From an uncultured Bacteroidia bacterium (lineage in GTDB: Bacteria; Bacteroidota; Bacteroidia; Bacteroidales; ML635J-15): a DNA stretch of 64,000 nucleotides. The notes under the pieces are model-generated. The model had not been told where the DNA came from, made no database searches, and worked only from the letters and a program-made list of their open reading frames with translations. The translations under genes and the position numbers were made by a program. This document shows, piece by piece, positions 8,812 to 16,267 of this stretch (position 1 is the stretch's first letter; the number at the start of each line of letters is the position of its first letter). The stretch covers positions 154,709-218,708 of the forward strand of contig CACYQN010000006.1 in assembly GCA_902776565.1 (NCBI GenBank), written 5' to 3'.

Positions 8812-10422
8812 CGAATTTAAGAAATCTTCTGTCGATGTACATACAACACTATCGCTGAGTGTACATACAGAAATTCTGCCATTGCCCGCAACTTTTGAAA
8901 AGCGTGATAAGACATCCTTGTGTTCTTCATAATTTTCACAGTACATACGGTCTTCTATTACAATATAGTCAAAATCCCAAGTCAATGCCGACTGCACAAC
9001 CGATTCCATATGCCACATCACCGTGTACCCTTTGCGTTTCATCTGTAAGAACGACCCATTCTGCGGATAAGCATACATCGACAATATTTTTGCATCACGT
9101 GGAATATCAAGAGAATCAAGGAATTTGTCAGAATCTACAAAATTAAGGTAGCATTTGTATGCTCCGTCTTCCGACCAACGTCTGCTGACTTGCGTTTCTG
9201 TAACGGTTGAAATCATAAAGAAGCATATCACGGCTAAAGCCACAAGACATATTCCACCAGCTACATAGCCCTTTATTTTCGGAAGTGTGCCAAGCATCAA
9301 TGCAAAAAGCATCAGTATTGGCATAAAGAACGTATCTATGAAATAATAGTCGTGGTTTGGCAACTGCATTATCATGGCAATCGAGAACAAAATGCATCCA
9401 AATAAATATATTATAGGTATGAGCCATATAGTCAATTGCTTTTTCTTGGATTTGCCATCCTTGTTTTTCAACTTCATTACCAGCCTTACAATTCCTGCAA
9501 TTACAGACAGTCCAGCAAGCACCTCGAAAATTCTATAGTGAAATTTCTGGAAATACTGGTATTCCCAATTATATTTGGCATCATTAATGCACTCCAAAGC
9601 CTCGTCAATACTTTTTGCAGACGAAAGTTCATTTAAGAAAAGAGAACCATTTTCGCCTCTCAGATGCGAATTCCACATCATATATGCAAAAATGAGCGCA
9701 AACGATAATATCACAGACGGCAGTTTGTCCCCAAAAGTGCTCTCCTTGCGGAAAATCCGCAACAGTTCAAAACCAAGTATTGCAATAAGTTCTATTACAA
9801 AAGTAGTACGTATCAAGGCTGACAATGTCATAAGTGCAATGGCAAGATGGAAGAATTTCTTTTTGCCCTCCTTGTAGTATTTTAGGTACGACCAAAGCCC
9901 AATTACACCAATAGCGAATGCAGGTATTCCTGGCAAAAATCCGTTAAAATAGTAGGCGTAAACTGGCGCTGTCATTGCTATTGCGGTGACGAGCAACGAC
10001 TTCTGACAATCTTCGGTGATGACAAATGATGACTTATACAGGAAAAACATGCCTATCAGACTGCAAATCATTGTCCATATTCGGAATACCCATGGCGATG
10101 TCGTCCCGAAAAGTTTCATCAATAGAGCCACAATGTACTCGTGGATTGGAAAATCGACGGCAGTGATAGTTGTGTCGTATGCTTCAGCCCACCATCCGGG
10201 AAACTGTTTGTTGTATATGTTTGTCTCAGGATGAAATAGGTCGAAACCATTGTCGACGAAACCAACTGCAAGAGCATATCGGTCGTCCTGCGCCCACGCG
10301 TGGATGAATGCAGGGAATTCGTTCATATATTTGAATTGTATCCCAATGCCCAATGCAACGATGAACGCCGCTGCAATAAGATAGCCTTTGGAATTTATTT
10401 TCTCGTATTCTATAAGTTTCAT
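8803..10422 (-). CDS. GT-C fold glycosyltransferase (ArnT/PMT family-39-like)
   Basis: 539-aa polytopic protein. The acidic first-loop motif AQDDRYALAVGF resembles the DE-motif loop of ArnT/PMT enzymes. Confidence 0.55.
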   Translation of the reverse strand: MKLIEYEKINSKGYLIAAAFIVALGIGIQFKYMNEFPAFIHAWAQDDRYALAVGFVDNGFDLFHPETNIYNKQFPGWWAEAYDTTITAVDFPIHEYIVALLMKLFGTTSPWVFRIWTMICSLIGMFFLYKSSFVITEDCQKSLLVTAIAMTAPVYAYYFNGFLPGIPAFAIGVIGLWSYLKYYKEGKKKFFHLAIALMTLSALIRTTFVIELIAILGFELLRIFRKESTFGDKLPSVILSFALIFAYMMWNSHLRGENGSLFLNELSSAKSIDEALECINDAKYNWEYQYFQKFHYRIFEVLAGLSVIAGIVRLVMKLKNKDGKSKKKQLTIWLIPIIYLFGCILFSIAMIMQLPNHDYYFIDTFFMPILMLFALMLGTLPKIKGYVAGGICLVALAVICFFMISTVTETQVSRRWSEDGAYKCYLNFVDSDKFLDSLDIPRDAKILSMYAYPQNGSFLQMKRKGYTVMWHMESVVQSALTWDFDYIVIEDRMYCENYEEHKDVLSRFSKVAGNGRISVCTLSDSVVCTSTEDFLNSSR

Positions 10423-10530
10423 TGTTAACTATTTAAACAAATGCAAAAATAATGAATAAAATCAAAGCGACATAGAAAATAAATTCAACACGATGCCTCT
10501 ATAATCAATCGTAATTACCAAAATTAGCCT

Positions 10531-10538
10531 TATCTTTG
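10531..10538 (+). promoter_or_regulatory. Bacteroidetes -7 promoter box TATCTTTG (yitT-like gene)
   Basis: Exact TAnnTTTG match 28 nt upstream of ATG 10566. Confidence 0.5.
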
Positions 10539-10565
10539 TGGCACAAAAAATAATATAGCACAACC

Positions 10566-11342
10566 ATGAAAACTGACAAATTAAAACAACTGAAAAATCC
10601 GGTGAAGAACTACTTTCTAATGCTCATCGGACTTGTAATATATACATTTGGATACTCGGCATTCATGTTGCCAAACAAGCTCACCGGTGGTACCTTGGGC
10701 AAGCGTTTCGCCATTAACACCATATTCTGTACGGCAATAAGTTCAGCATTGTTCGGATTGTTCCAATCGATAATAACTGAGCCATTGATTGCCAACGACT
10801 TGCTATCGAATGCTGTGCTTGGAGCCGCAATTTCGGCAATCGGCGTAGGACTTACAATTTCGTATGGCGGAAACACTGGCGGAACCGACATCATCATACT
10901 TATGATTCTCAAGTACAAGAACATACCATACGGACGTATCTCAATGTACATCAATGTGTTGATAATCGGTTCGTCGTACTTCATCGTCCACGACATACAG
11001 ACCTTGATTTACTGCTACATCTATATGTTCTCGTACTCGTATGTTTCCGACATGGTAATGGACGGCTACCGAAAGACATTCCAGATTATAATCTTCACCA
11101 ACAAGCCCAAGGAGATTGCCGACCGGATTACAAACGAGGTGCACCGAGGCGTTACGGTTCTGAAAGCTTACGGCTGGTACTCGAAGGAAGACAAGGATGT
11201 GCTTATGGTTCTTGCTCACCGCACCGACAAGCAGGACATTATGCAGGTTATCAATCAGGAAGACCCCGATGCGTTCATCTCGATTGACAAGGTGCAGGGT
11301 GTTTTCGGCAAGAATTTCGACGAACTGAAAAGGGAAGTGTAA
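10566..11342 (+). CDS. YitT-family membrane protein with DUF2179 C-terminal domain (possibly carrying an internal in-frame deletion)
   Basis: GGNTGGTDIIILMILKYKNIPYGR, HRGVTVLKAYGWYSKEDKDVLMVLAHR and DPDAFISIDKVQGVFG are YitT/DUF2179 blocks. Confidence 0.75.
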   Translation: MKTDKLKQLKNPVKNYFLMLIGLVIYTFGYSAFMLPNKLTGGTLGKRFAINTIFCTAISSALFGLFQSIITEPLIANDLLSNAVLGAAISAIGVGLTISYGGNTGGTDIIILMILKYKNIPYGRISMYINVLIIGSSYFIVHDIQTLIYCYIYMFSYSYVSDMVMDGYRKTFQIIIFTNKPKEIADRITNEVHRGVTVLKAYGWYSKEDKDVLMVLAHRTDKQDIMQVINQEDPDAFISIDKVQGVFGKNFDELKREV

Positions 11343-11545
11343 GGGATGCGCCAGTTTGAGGGCTAAAGCCAGTTTGAATGGCTGCGCCGTTTAACTTCGT
11401 TGAGGGCTTCGCCGTTCTATGCCTTAGGTGTTTTTCGCTACGCTGTTTCAATGGCTGACGCCGTTTCTATGCTTCGCGTTTCTAGGTTTCTCGCTGCGCT
11501 GTTTGAATGGCTGCGCCGTTTCTAAGTTCTCCGTCCCCCGAGCTT
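11343..11545. repeat. Degenerate short-word array (units like GGCTGMCGCCGTTTGAA / GTTTCTATG) starting directly after the stop codon
   Basis: Repeated ...CGCC(A)GTTTGAR..., GCCGTTTCTA..., GCGCTGTTTGAATGG words seen by eye. Same family as 4279-4545, 13293-13445 and 16045-16200. Confidence 0.7.
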
Positions 11546-11600
11546 GTTGAGTCGTGGCGCGCCGCGACCGTACTAATGTTCAAGGGTTTAATGATTTGAG
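11455..11600 (+). repeat. Left copy of the ~150-nt direct repeat bracketing the AAA+ ATPase cassette
   Basis: TGACGCCGTTTCTATGCTTCGC...CGCTGCGCTGTTTGAATGGCTG...TCTAAGTTCTCCGTCCCCCGAGCTTGTTGAGTCGTGGCGCGCCGCGAC..TACTAATGTTCAA recurs at 13357-13518 with a few indels. Confidence 0.8.
11551..11568 (+). repeat. GC-rich palindrome GTCGTGGCGCGCCGCGAC (T-G wobble on the + strand)
   Basis: An 18-nt imperfect palindrome, with identical copies at 13469-13486 and a reverse-complement copy at 55741-55758. Confidence 0.8.
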
Positions 11601-11674
11601 GGTAAAGCCATTGTATTACAGTGTCGTAGGTTGTATTTCGATTGTCGCTCTGCGTCTCAGGACATACCATGAAA

Positions 11675-11838
11675 ATGCGTTTTATTTTTCTGGGAGTACG
11701 GTATTTTATGCCTTTGCAGAAAAATAAAATAATATTTATGAAAGTAATGTTTTGATATTAAATGTATTACAAATTTTTTATGCATTTTATTTTTCTGTGA
11801 ATGGTATATTTTTTATCTTTGCAGAAAAATAAAACAAT
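11675..11838 (+). repeat. Tandem duplication (2 x 59 nt, 105-nt period) of the promoter/leader of the ATPase gene
   Basis: 11675-11733 ATGCGTTTTATTTTTCTGGGAG...CCTTTGCAGAAAAATAAAATAAT versus 11780-11838 ATGCATTTTATTTTTCTGTGAA...TCTTTGCAGAAAAATAAAACAAT. Confidence 0.75.
11814..11821 (+). promoter_or_regulatory. -7 promoter box TATCTTTG (AAA+ ATPase gene)
   Basis: Exact TAnnTTTG match 23 nt upstream of ATG 11844. The upstream duplicate copy has the degenerate TGCCTTTG. Confidence 0.5.
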
Positions 11839-11843
11839 GTTTT

Positions 11844-13292
11844 ATGGGTTATATTGTTGGTAGAGAAGCAGAAACAGAAGAATTACTCGACTTGTACAAT
11901 AATGGCAGAGCAGAGTTCGTAGCTGTCTATGGTCGTCGCCGCGTTGGGAAGACATTCCTTGTGGACGAAGCATTGAAAGGTAAAATTACATTTCGCCATT
12001 CGGGATTGTCGCCCGTGGATGAGCAAAATAAGAAAAACGGATTGAAAGAACAATTGAAGTATTTTTATTTGTCATTGCTGAAACACGGAATGAAAAAGAG
12101 CAAGTGTCCGACATCGTGGCTCGAGGCGTTCTTTATGCTCGAAATGCACCTTCAGTCGCAGGATAATGGTTCGCGGCAGGTGGTTTTTCTTGACGAACTT
12201 CCGTGGATGGACACGCCTCGGTCGGGTTTCATTACTGCCTTGGAAGCCTTTTGGAACGGATGGGGATGCCATAGGGACAATATGATGCTTGTGGTATGCG
12301 GTTCGGCAAATTCGTGGATGCTTGACAATTTGGTCAACAACCACGGCGGATTGTACGGAAGGACTACATACGAGGTGAAACTCAAACCATTCACTCTCGC
12401 GGAATGCGAGGCGTTTCTATTGGGCAAGGGCATAATAATGTCTCGCTACGACATAGTCCAAGCCTACATGATTACTGGTGGCATTCCATATTATCTAGGA
12501 TATATGAGGAAAGGCATGAGCCTCGCACAGAATATCGACAGGCTTTTCTTTGCAAAGGGAGCAAGATTGCATGATGAATACGACCGTCTGTTTGCATCGG
12601 TGTTTGCAAAGCCCGAACAAATGAAAAGTATTGTGCAGTTGCTGGGAAACAGGCGTTGTGGCTATACGCGAAAAGAGATTCTCACCAAAATAGGACTAGA
12701 TGATTGCGGAGCATCTACCAAATTGCTGAAAGCCCTAGTAGCCAGCGATTTTATTCAGTCGTATGTTCCGTTTGGCAAAAGCAAGCGCGAAGAACACTAT
12801 AAGTTGACCGACCCGTTCTGCTTGTTTTACATGAAGTTTGTAAAAGGGCAAAAGGAAATCGACCCCGAATTTTGGATACACAACGCAGCTTCGCCGTCGG
12901 TGAGTTCGTGGCGCGGATTCGCTTTCGAGGAAGTTTGCCTCGCACATTTTCGTCAAATAAAGAAAGCTCTTGACATACTTGGTGTTTCGTCAACGCAATC
13001 GGCTTGGGCGTTAAAAGGTGACGATGAAAAGGAAGGCACTCAAATCGACCTGCTGATAAATCGTAAGGACAATGTTGTGAATATGTGCGAAATGAAATTT
13101 TATAACGAGAAATTTACTGTCAACAAACCGTATTATGCCAAATTGGTTCATCGGCAGAATATCTTGTCGGAAAAGTTGCCGAGGAAAACGATTGTCCACA
13201 ATGTGCTAGTAACGACAGAAGGCTTAACATACAACGAGTACAGTGGCATTTTCCAGAAAGTTGTAACAATTGACGATTTATTTGGAAAATGA
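11844..13292 (+). CDS. AAA+ ATPase (archaeal-type ATPase domain with DUF234-like C-terminus)
   Basis: IVGREAETEELLDLY...FVAVYGRRRVGKTFLV (Walker A), VVFLDELPWM (Walker B). 482 aa. Confidence 0.75.
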   Translation: MGYIVGREAETEELLDLYNNGRAEFVAVYGRRRVGKTFLVDEALKGKITFRHSGLSPVDEQNKKNGLKEQLKYFYLSLLKHGMKKSKCPTSWLEAFFMLEMHLQSQDNGSRQVVFLDELPWMDTPRSGFITALEAFWNGWGCHRDNMMLVVCGSANSWMLDNLVNNHGGLYGRTTYEVKLKPFTLAECEAFLLGKGIIMSRYDIVQAYMITGGIPYYLGYMRKGMSLAQNIDRLFFAKGARLHDEYDRLFASVFAKPEQMKSIVQLLGNRRCGYTRKEILTKIGLDDCGASTKLLKALVASDFIQSYVPFGKSKREEHYKLTDPFCLFYMKFVKGQKEIDPEFWIHNAASPSVSSWRGFAFEEVCLAHFRQIKKALDILGVSSTQSAWALKGDDEKEGTQIDLLINRKDNVVNMCEMKFYNEKFTVNKPYYAKLVHRQNILSEKLPRKTIVHNVLVTTEGLTYNEYSGIFQKVVTIDDLFGK

Positions 13293-13445
13293 ACACGCCG
13301 TTTCTGTGCTTCGCGTTTCTCGCTGGCGCTGTTTGAATGTTTCATGTTTCTATGGATGACGCCGTTTCTATGCTTCGCCGTTTCTCGCTGCGCTGTTTGA
13401 ATGGCTGGCGGTTGCTGAGCTTGTCGAAGTACGCCGTTTCTAAGT
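13293..13445. repeat. Degenerate short-word array directly after the ATPase stop codon
   Basis: Words GCCGTTTCTGTG, GCGCTGTTTGAATG, GACGCCGTTTCTATG. Same family as 11343-11545. Confidence 0.7.
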
Positions 13446-13518
13446 TCTCCGTCCCCCGAGCTTGTTGAGTCGTGGCGCGCCGCGACTATACTAATGTTCA
13501 AAGATTTGATGATTTGAT
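13357..13518 (+). repeat. Right copy of the ~150-nt direct repeat bracketing the AAA+ ATPase cassette
   Basis: Aligns with 11455-11600, including the palindrome at 13469-13486 and the tail TACTAATGTTCAAAGATTTGATGATTTGA. Confidence 0.8.
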
Positions 13519-13615
13519 TGTAGCACGCATTGCACTGCTACGACCATATTTATCATCAAAAAAATCTTTCAAAAAAAATTACCTGCTAATATTTCATATT
13601 ATTCAAAAATAAATT

Positions 13616-13623
13616 TACCTTTG
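13616..13623 (+). promoter_or_regulatory. -7 promoter box TACCTTTG (small lipoprotein pair)
   Basis: Exact TAnnTTTG match 15 nt upstream of ATG 13638. Confidence 0.45.
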
Positions 13624-13637
13624 CATTTTGTTAAACA

Positions 13638-14012
13638 ATGTTTAATAGGATGAAGAAGATTCTGTTGATAATAGTGATTGCCTTGACAATGATGCTATGC
13701 TCGTGCGCCACAACGCCAAAGGACAATGCCGACAAGGTTGTAAAGGCTGTGAACGAATATTGCGACAAGGTTGAAAAGGCTATCGCCGACGAGATTATAG
13801 ACGATGGCGACATTGAAGCAATAAAGGATTCGGAAAAGAAATACATGGATTTAATTGCCGAAATAACAGAAAGTTATGCCGGCAATGCCAACGACCGTGC
13901 CGAATTCGAACAGCAGTACACCTCTGATGAAGTTTGGGTGAGAATGGCCGATGTTACGCTCAAGCTCGCAAACACCGAAGGATATGCAAAATTAAGTCTA
14001 ACAAATAAATAA
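13638..14012 (+). CDS. Small lipoprotein of unknown function
   Basis: Signal peptide plus lipobox (MMLCSC). The start may be Met 13650. Paralogous to the next gene. Confidence 0.6.
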   Translation: MFNRMKKILLIIVIALTMMLCSCATTPKDNADKVVKAVNEYCDKVEKAIADEIIDDGDIEAIKDSEKKYMDLIAEITESYAGNANDRAEFEQQYTSDEVWVRMADVTLKLANTEGYAKLSLTNK

Positions 14013-14019
14013 TTGTAAT

Positions 14020-14424
14020 ATGAAGAAATTAGTTTTATTAGCAATCGTATCTGTTCTTGCAATGATGCTTTACAGCTGCAAGCAAGAGCCAAAGGAAAAT
14101 AACGAAACAAAGGAAGAATGCGCTAAAGAAATCTGCCCTGTTCATGATGCAGTAACAATCTTGGAATCAAAGAATTCAATAGCAAACCTAATCAAGGAAG
14201 CCATTGCCGACAATGAAATCAGCGACGAAGAGGCAACCAAGATAAACGATGCTTTCTGCGAATACCAGAGCGTTGACGCTGAAATCAAGACCAAGTATCA
14301 GGACAAGAAGGAAGCACAGGACGAACTTTTCGCTATCCTAAATGCTGAAAACAACTACAACAAGTCGATGAAGCTTGCAACTGAAGCAAAAGGCTACGAC
14401 AAGATTAGCTCGAAGGTTAAGTAA
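14020..14424 (+). CDS. Small lipoprotein of unknown function (tandem paralog)
   Basis: Signal peptide plus lipobox (MMLYSC). Shares the acidic IAD.EI.D.. block with 13638..14012. Confidence 0.6.
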   Translation: MKKLVLLAIVSVLAMMLYSCKQEPKENNETKEECAKEICPVHDAVTILESKNSIANLIKEAIADNEISDEEATKINDAFCEYQSVDAEIKTKYQDKKEAQDELFAILNAENNYNKSMKLATEAKGYDKISSKVK

Positions 14425-14443
14425 GCAACGATTTGCACGAAAC

Positions 14444-14472
14444 AAAAAAGGCTGGGAAATCCAGCCTTTTTT
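14444..14472. terminator. Bidirectional rho-independent terminator between convergent genes
   Basis: AAAAAA-GGCTGG-GAAAT-CCAGCC-TTTTTT. Confidence 0.85.
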
Positions 14473-14487
14473 GTTAATTATGCTTTT

Positions 14488-15930
14488 CTAGTTCAACTTC
14501 AATGCATAATAGCCAGTCATGCCATTGGGATAGATGCCTTCGAGGAAAATTGCGTTGCCAGATGACTTGATGGCATTTTCAAGGTCTTGTACCGAATTGA
14601 TATTCTTGTTGTTGGCACGGACGATGATAAAGCCGTTCTGAATTCCGCTTGCTGCAAGTTTTCCAGCACTAAGGTCGGTTACTTGCAATCCGTTCCTAAT
14701 TCGCAGACGCGATTTCATCTGGTCGTTTACTGGCTCGAAATTCGCACCTAAGTCGTTGACACTTTCCGACTTTGAAAGTTCTGTGCCACCATAGCGGTTC
14801 TGCAAGGTCAAATCAACCTTTCGCGTAGAACTGCCCGACTTAACATCGAGAATTACATTTGCTCCCGGACGGTAAAGGCTTATCATTTCAAGCAATTCGG
14901 TTGCAGAATTTACCTTTGTGCCGTTTACAGCAAGAATAATGTCACCGGCAGATATTCCCGACTTTTCGGCCGCACCACCGCTAACAACACGAGCAACATA
15001 TACACCATCAACATCATCAACATTCAACTTCTTGGCGGTCTGTGAGTTCAAGTCCATCATCTCAATGCCCATATACGCACGCTGGGCACTGCCAAATTCG
15101 GCAAGGTCGGCAACAATCTTGCGAACCATATTCACAGGAATAGCAAACGAATAGCCGACATAAGAACCTGTCTGCGAAGCAATTGCCGAATTTATACCGA
15201 CAAGTTCGCCCTTGGCGTTTACCAATGCGCCACCACTGCTTCCCGGATTTACAGCCGCATCAGTCTGTATATACGACTCAATAACCTGATTTCCAGAGTT
15301 TGCGTCAATGTTACGAGCCTTGGCACTTACGATTCCTGCAGTCACCGTAGATGTCAAGTTGAACGGATTGCCAATTGCAAGCACCCACTCCCCTATTCTC
15401 AGGTCATCGCTGTTGCCGTATGTAAGGTATGGCAAGTCGGTTGCATCAATCTTAAGCAATGCCAAATCGGTAGTAGCATCGCGACCGATAACCTTGCCCG
15501 TGTACGATTTCTTGTTATTCATCACAACCTCAATGACTTCGGCATTCTCAATCACATGGTTGTTGGTAACAATATAGCCGTCGGACGAAACTATCACGCC
15601 AGAACCTGATGCCGAGACCTGCATTGCCGACTGCGTGCCGAAAATGAAATCATACAATGTATATGTTGGCTGGTTATAGCTTGTCTTTATGTGGACAACG
15701 GCAGGCATACACTTTTCGGCGGCATTGCAAAAATCGGTGCTACCCAACGCATTACCACTTAGAGCAACCTTTGAAACCTGAACATTGTCAGACTTCTGTT
15801 CGTTGTAAACCAACTGATTGTCGGACTTGTCAGCATTATTTGGCGAAGCAAACAAAAAAACTCCAGCAAGGACAATTCCTCCGCCAACGATTCCCGACAA
15901 CAAGTTCAAAAGCAAAGACTTAGTTTTCAT
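14488..15930 (-). CDS. htrA: HtrA/DegP-family serine endopeptidase with two PDZ domains
   Basis: GSGVIVSSDGYIVTNNHVI (His), TDLALLKI (Asp), TDAAVNPGSSGGALVN (Ser). Signal/anchor N-terminus. Confidence 0.9.
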   Translation of the reverse strand: MKTKSLLLNLLSGIVGGGIVLAGVFLFASPNNADKSDNQLVYNEQKSDNVQVSKVALSGNALGSTDFCNAAEKCMPAVVHIKTSYNQPTYTLYDFIFGTQSAMQVSASGSGVIVSSDGYIVTNNHVIENAEVIEVVMNNKKSYTGKVIGRDATTDLALLKIDATDLPYLTYGNSDDLRIGEWVLAIGNPFNLTSTVTAGIVSAKARNIDANSGNQVIESYIQTDAAVNPGSSGGALVNAKGELVGINSAIASQTGSYVGYSFAIPVNMVRKIVADLAEFGSAQRAYMGIEMMDLNSQTAKKLNVDDVDGVYVARVVSGGAAEKSGISAGDIILAVNGTKVNSATELLEMISLYRPGANVILDVKSGSSTRKVDLTLQNRYGGTELSKSESVNDLGANFEPVNDQMKSRLRIRNGLQVTDLSAGKLAASGIQNGFIIVRANNKNINSVQDLENAIKSSGNAIFLEGIYPNGMTGYYALKLN

Positions 15931-16044
15931 ACTTATTCCCTTTCAAAATTCATTATACAGCAAAATTAACGAATTCTGCGAAATAATATTTCATGCAACG
16001 ATATGATTAACTTAACTTTATTATTGTTTAACGGAGTGTTAATA

Positions 16045-16200
16045 AGGTTTCTGTGGCTTCGCCGTTTGAATGTTTGATGGGCTACGCCCGTTTGAATGGC
16101 TTCGCCGTTCAAGGGTTCAACGTTCAGACAAATTCAAACCATTTCAAACAACCACAAACAACTTCAAACAACCTCAAACAATCTCAAACCACTTCAAAAA
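16045..16200. repeat. Inverted pair of degenerate word arrays (GTTTGA-type on the left, TCAAAC-type on the right) in the htrA/uvrA divergent region
   Basis: Left: GCCGTTTGAATGTTTGATGGGCTACGCCCGTTTGAATGG. Right: ATTCAAACCATTTCAAACAACCACAAACAACTTCAAACAACCTCAAACAATCTCAAACC. Confidence 0.7.
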
Positions 16201-16267
16201 ATTGCCTTTTAATCCTCTTCGTTTTTAGCAAAAAAAGTGCTTAATTTGCAAAATTTTTGGAAACGAA

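Noticed and set aside
11343-13518. Integron-like cassette array (gene followed by a palindromic attC-like site, twice)
   Set aside because: There is no integron integrase gene or attI in the window. The palindrome is short and GC-rich, without the bulged R/L box architecture of attC. Homologous recombination between repeats explains the layout more simply.
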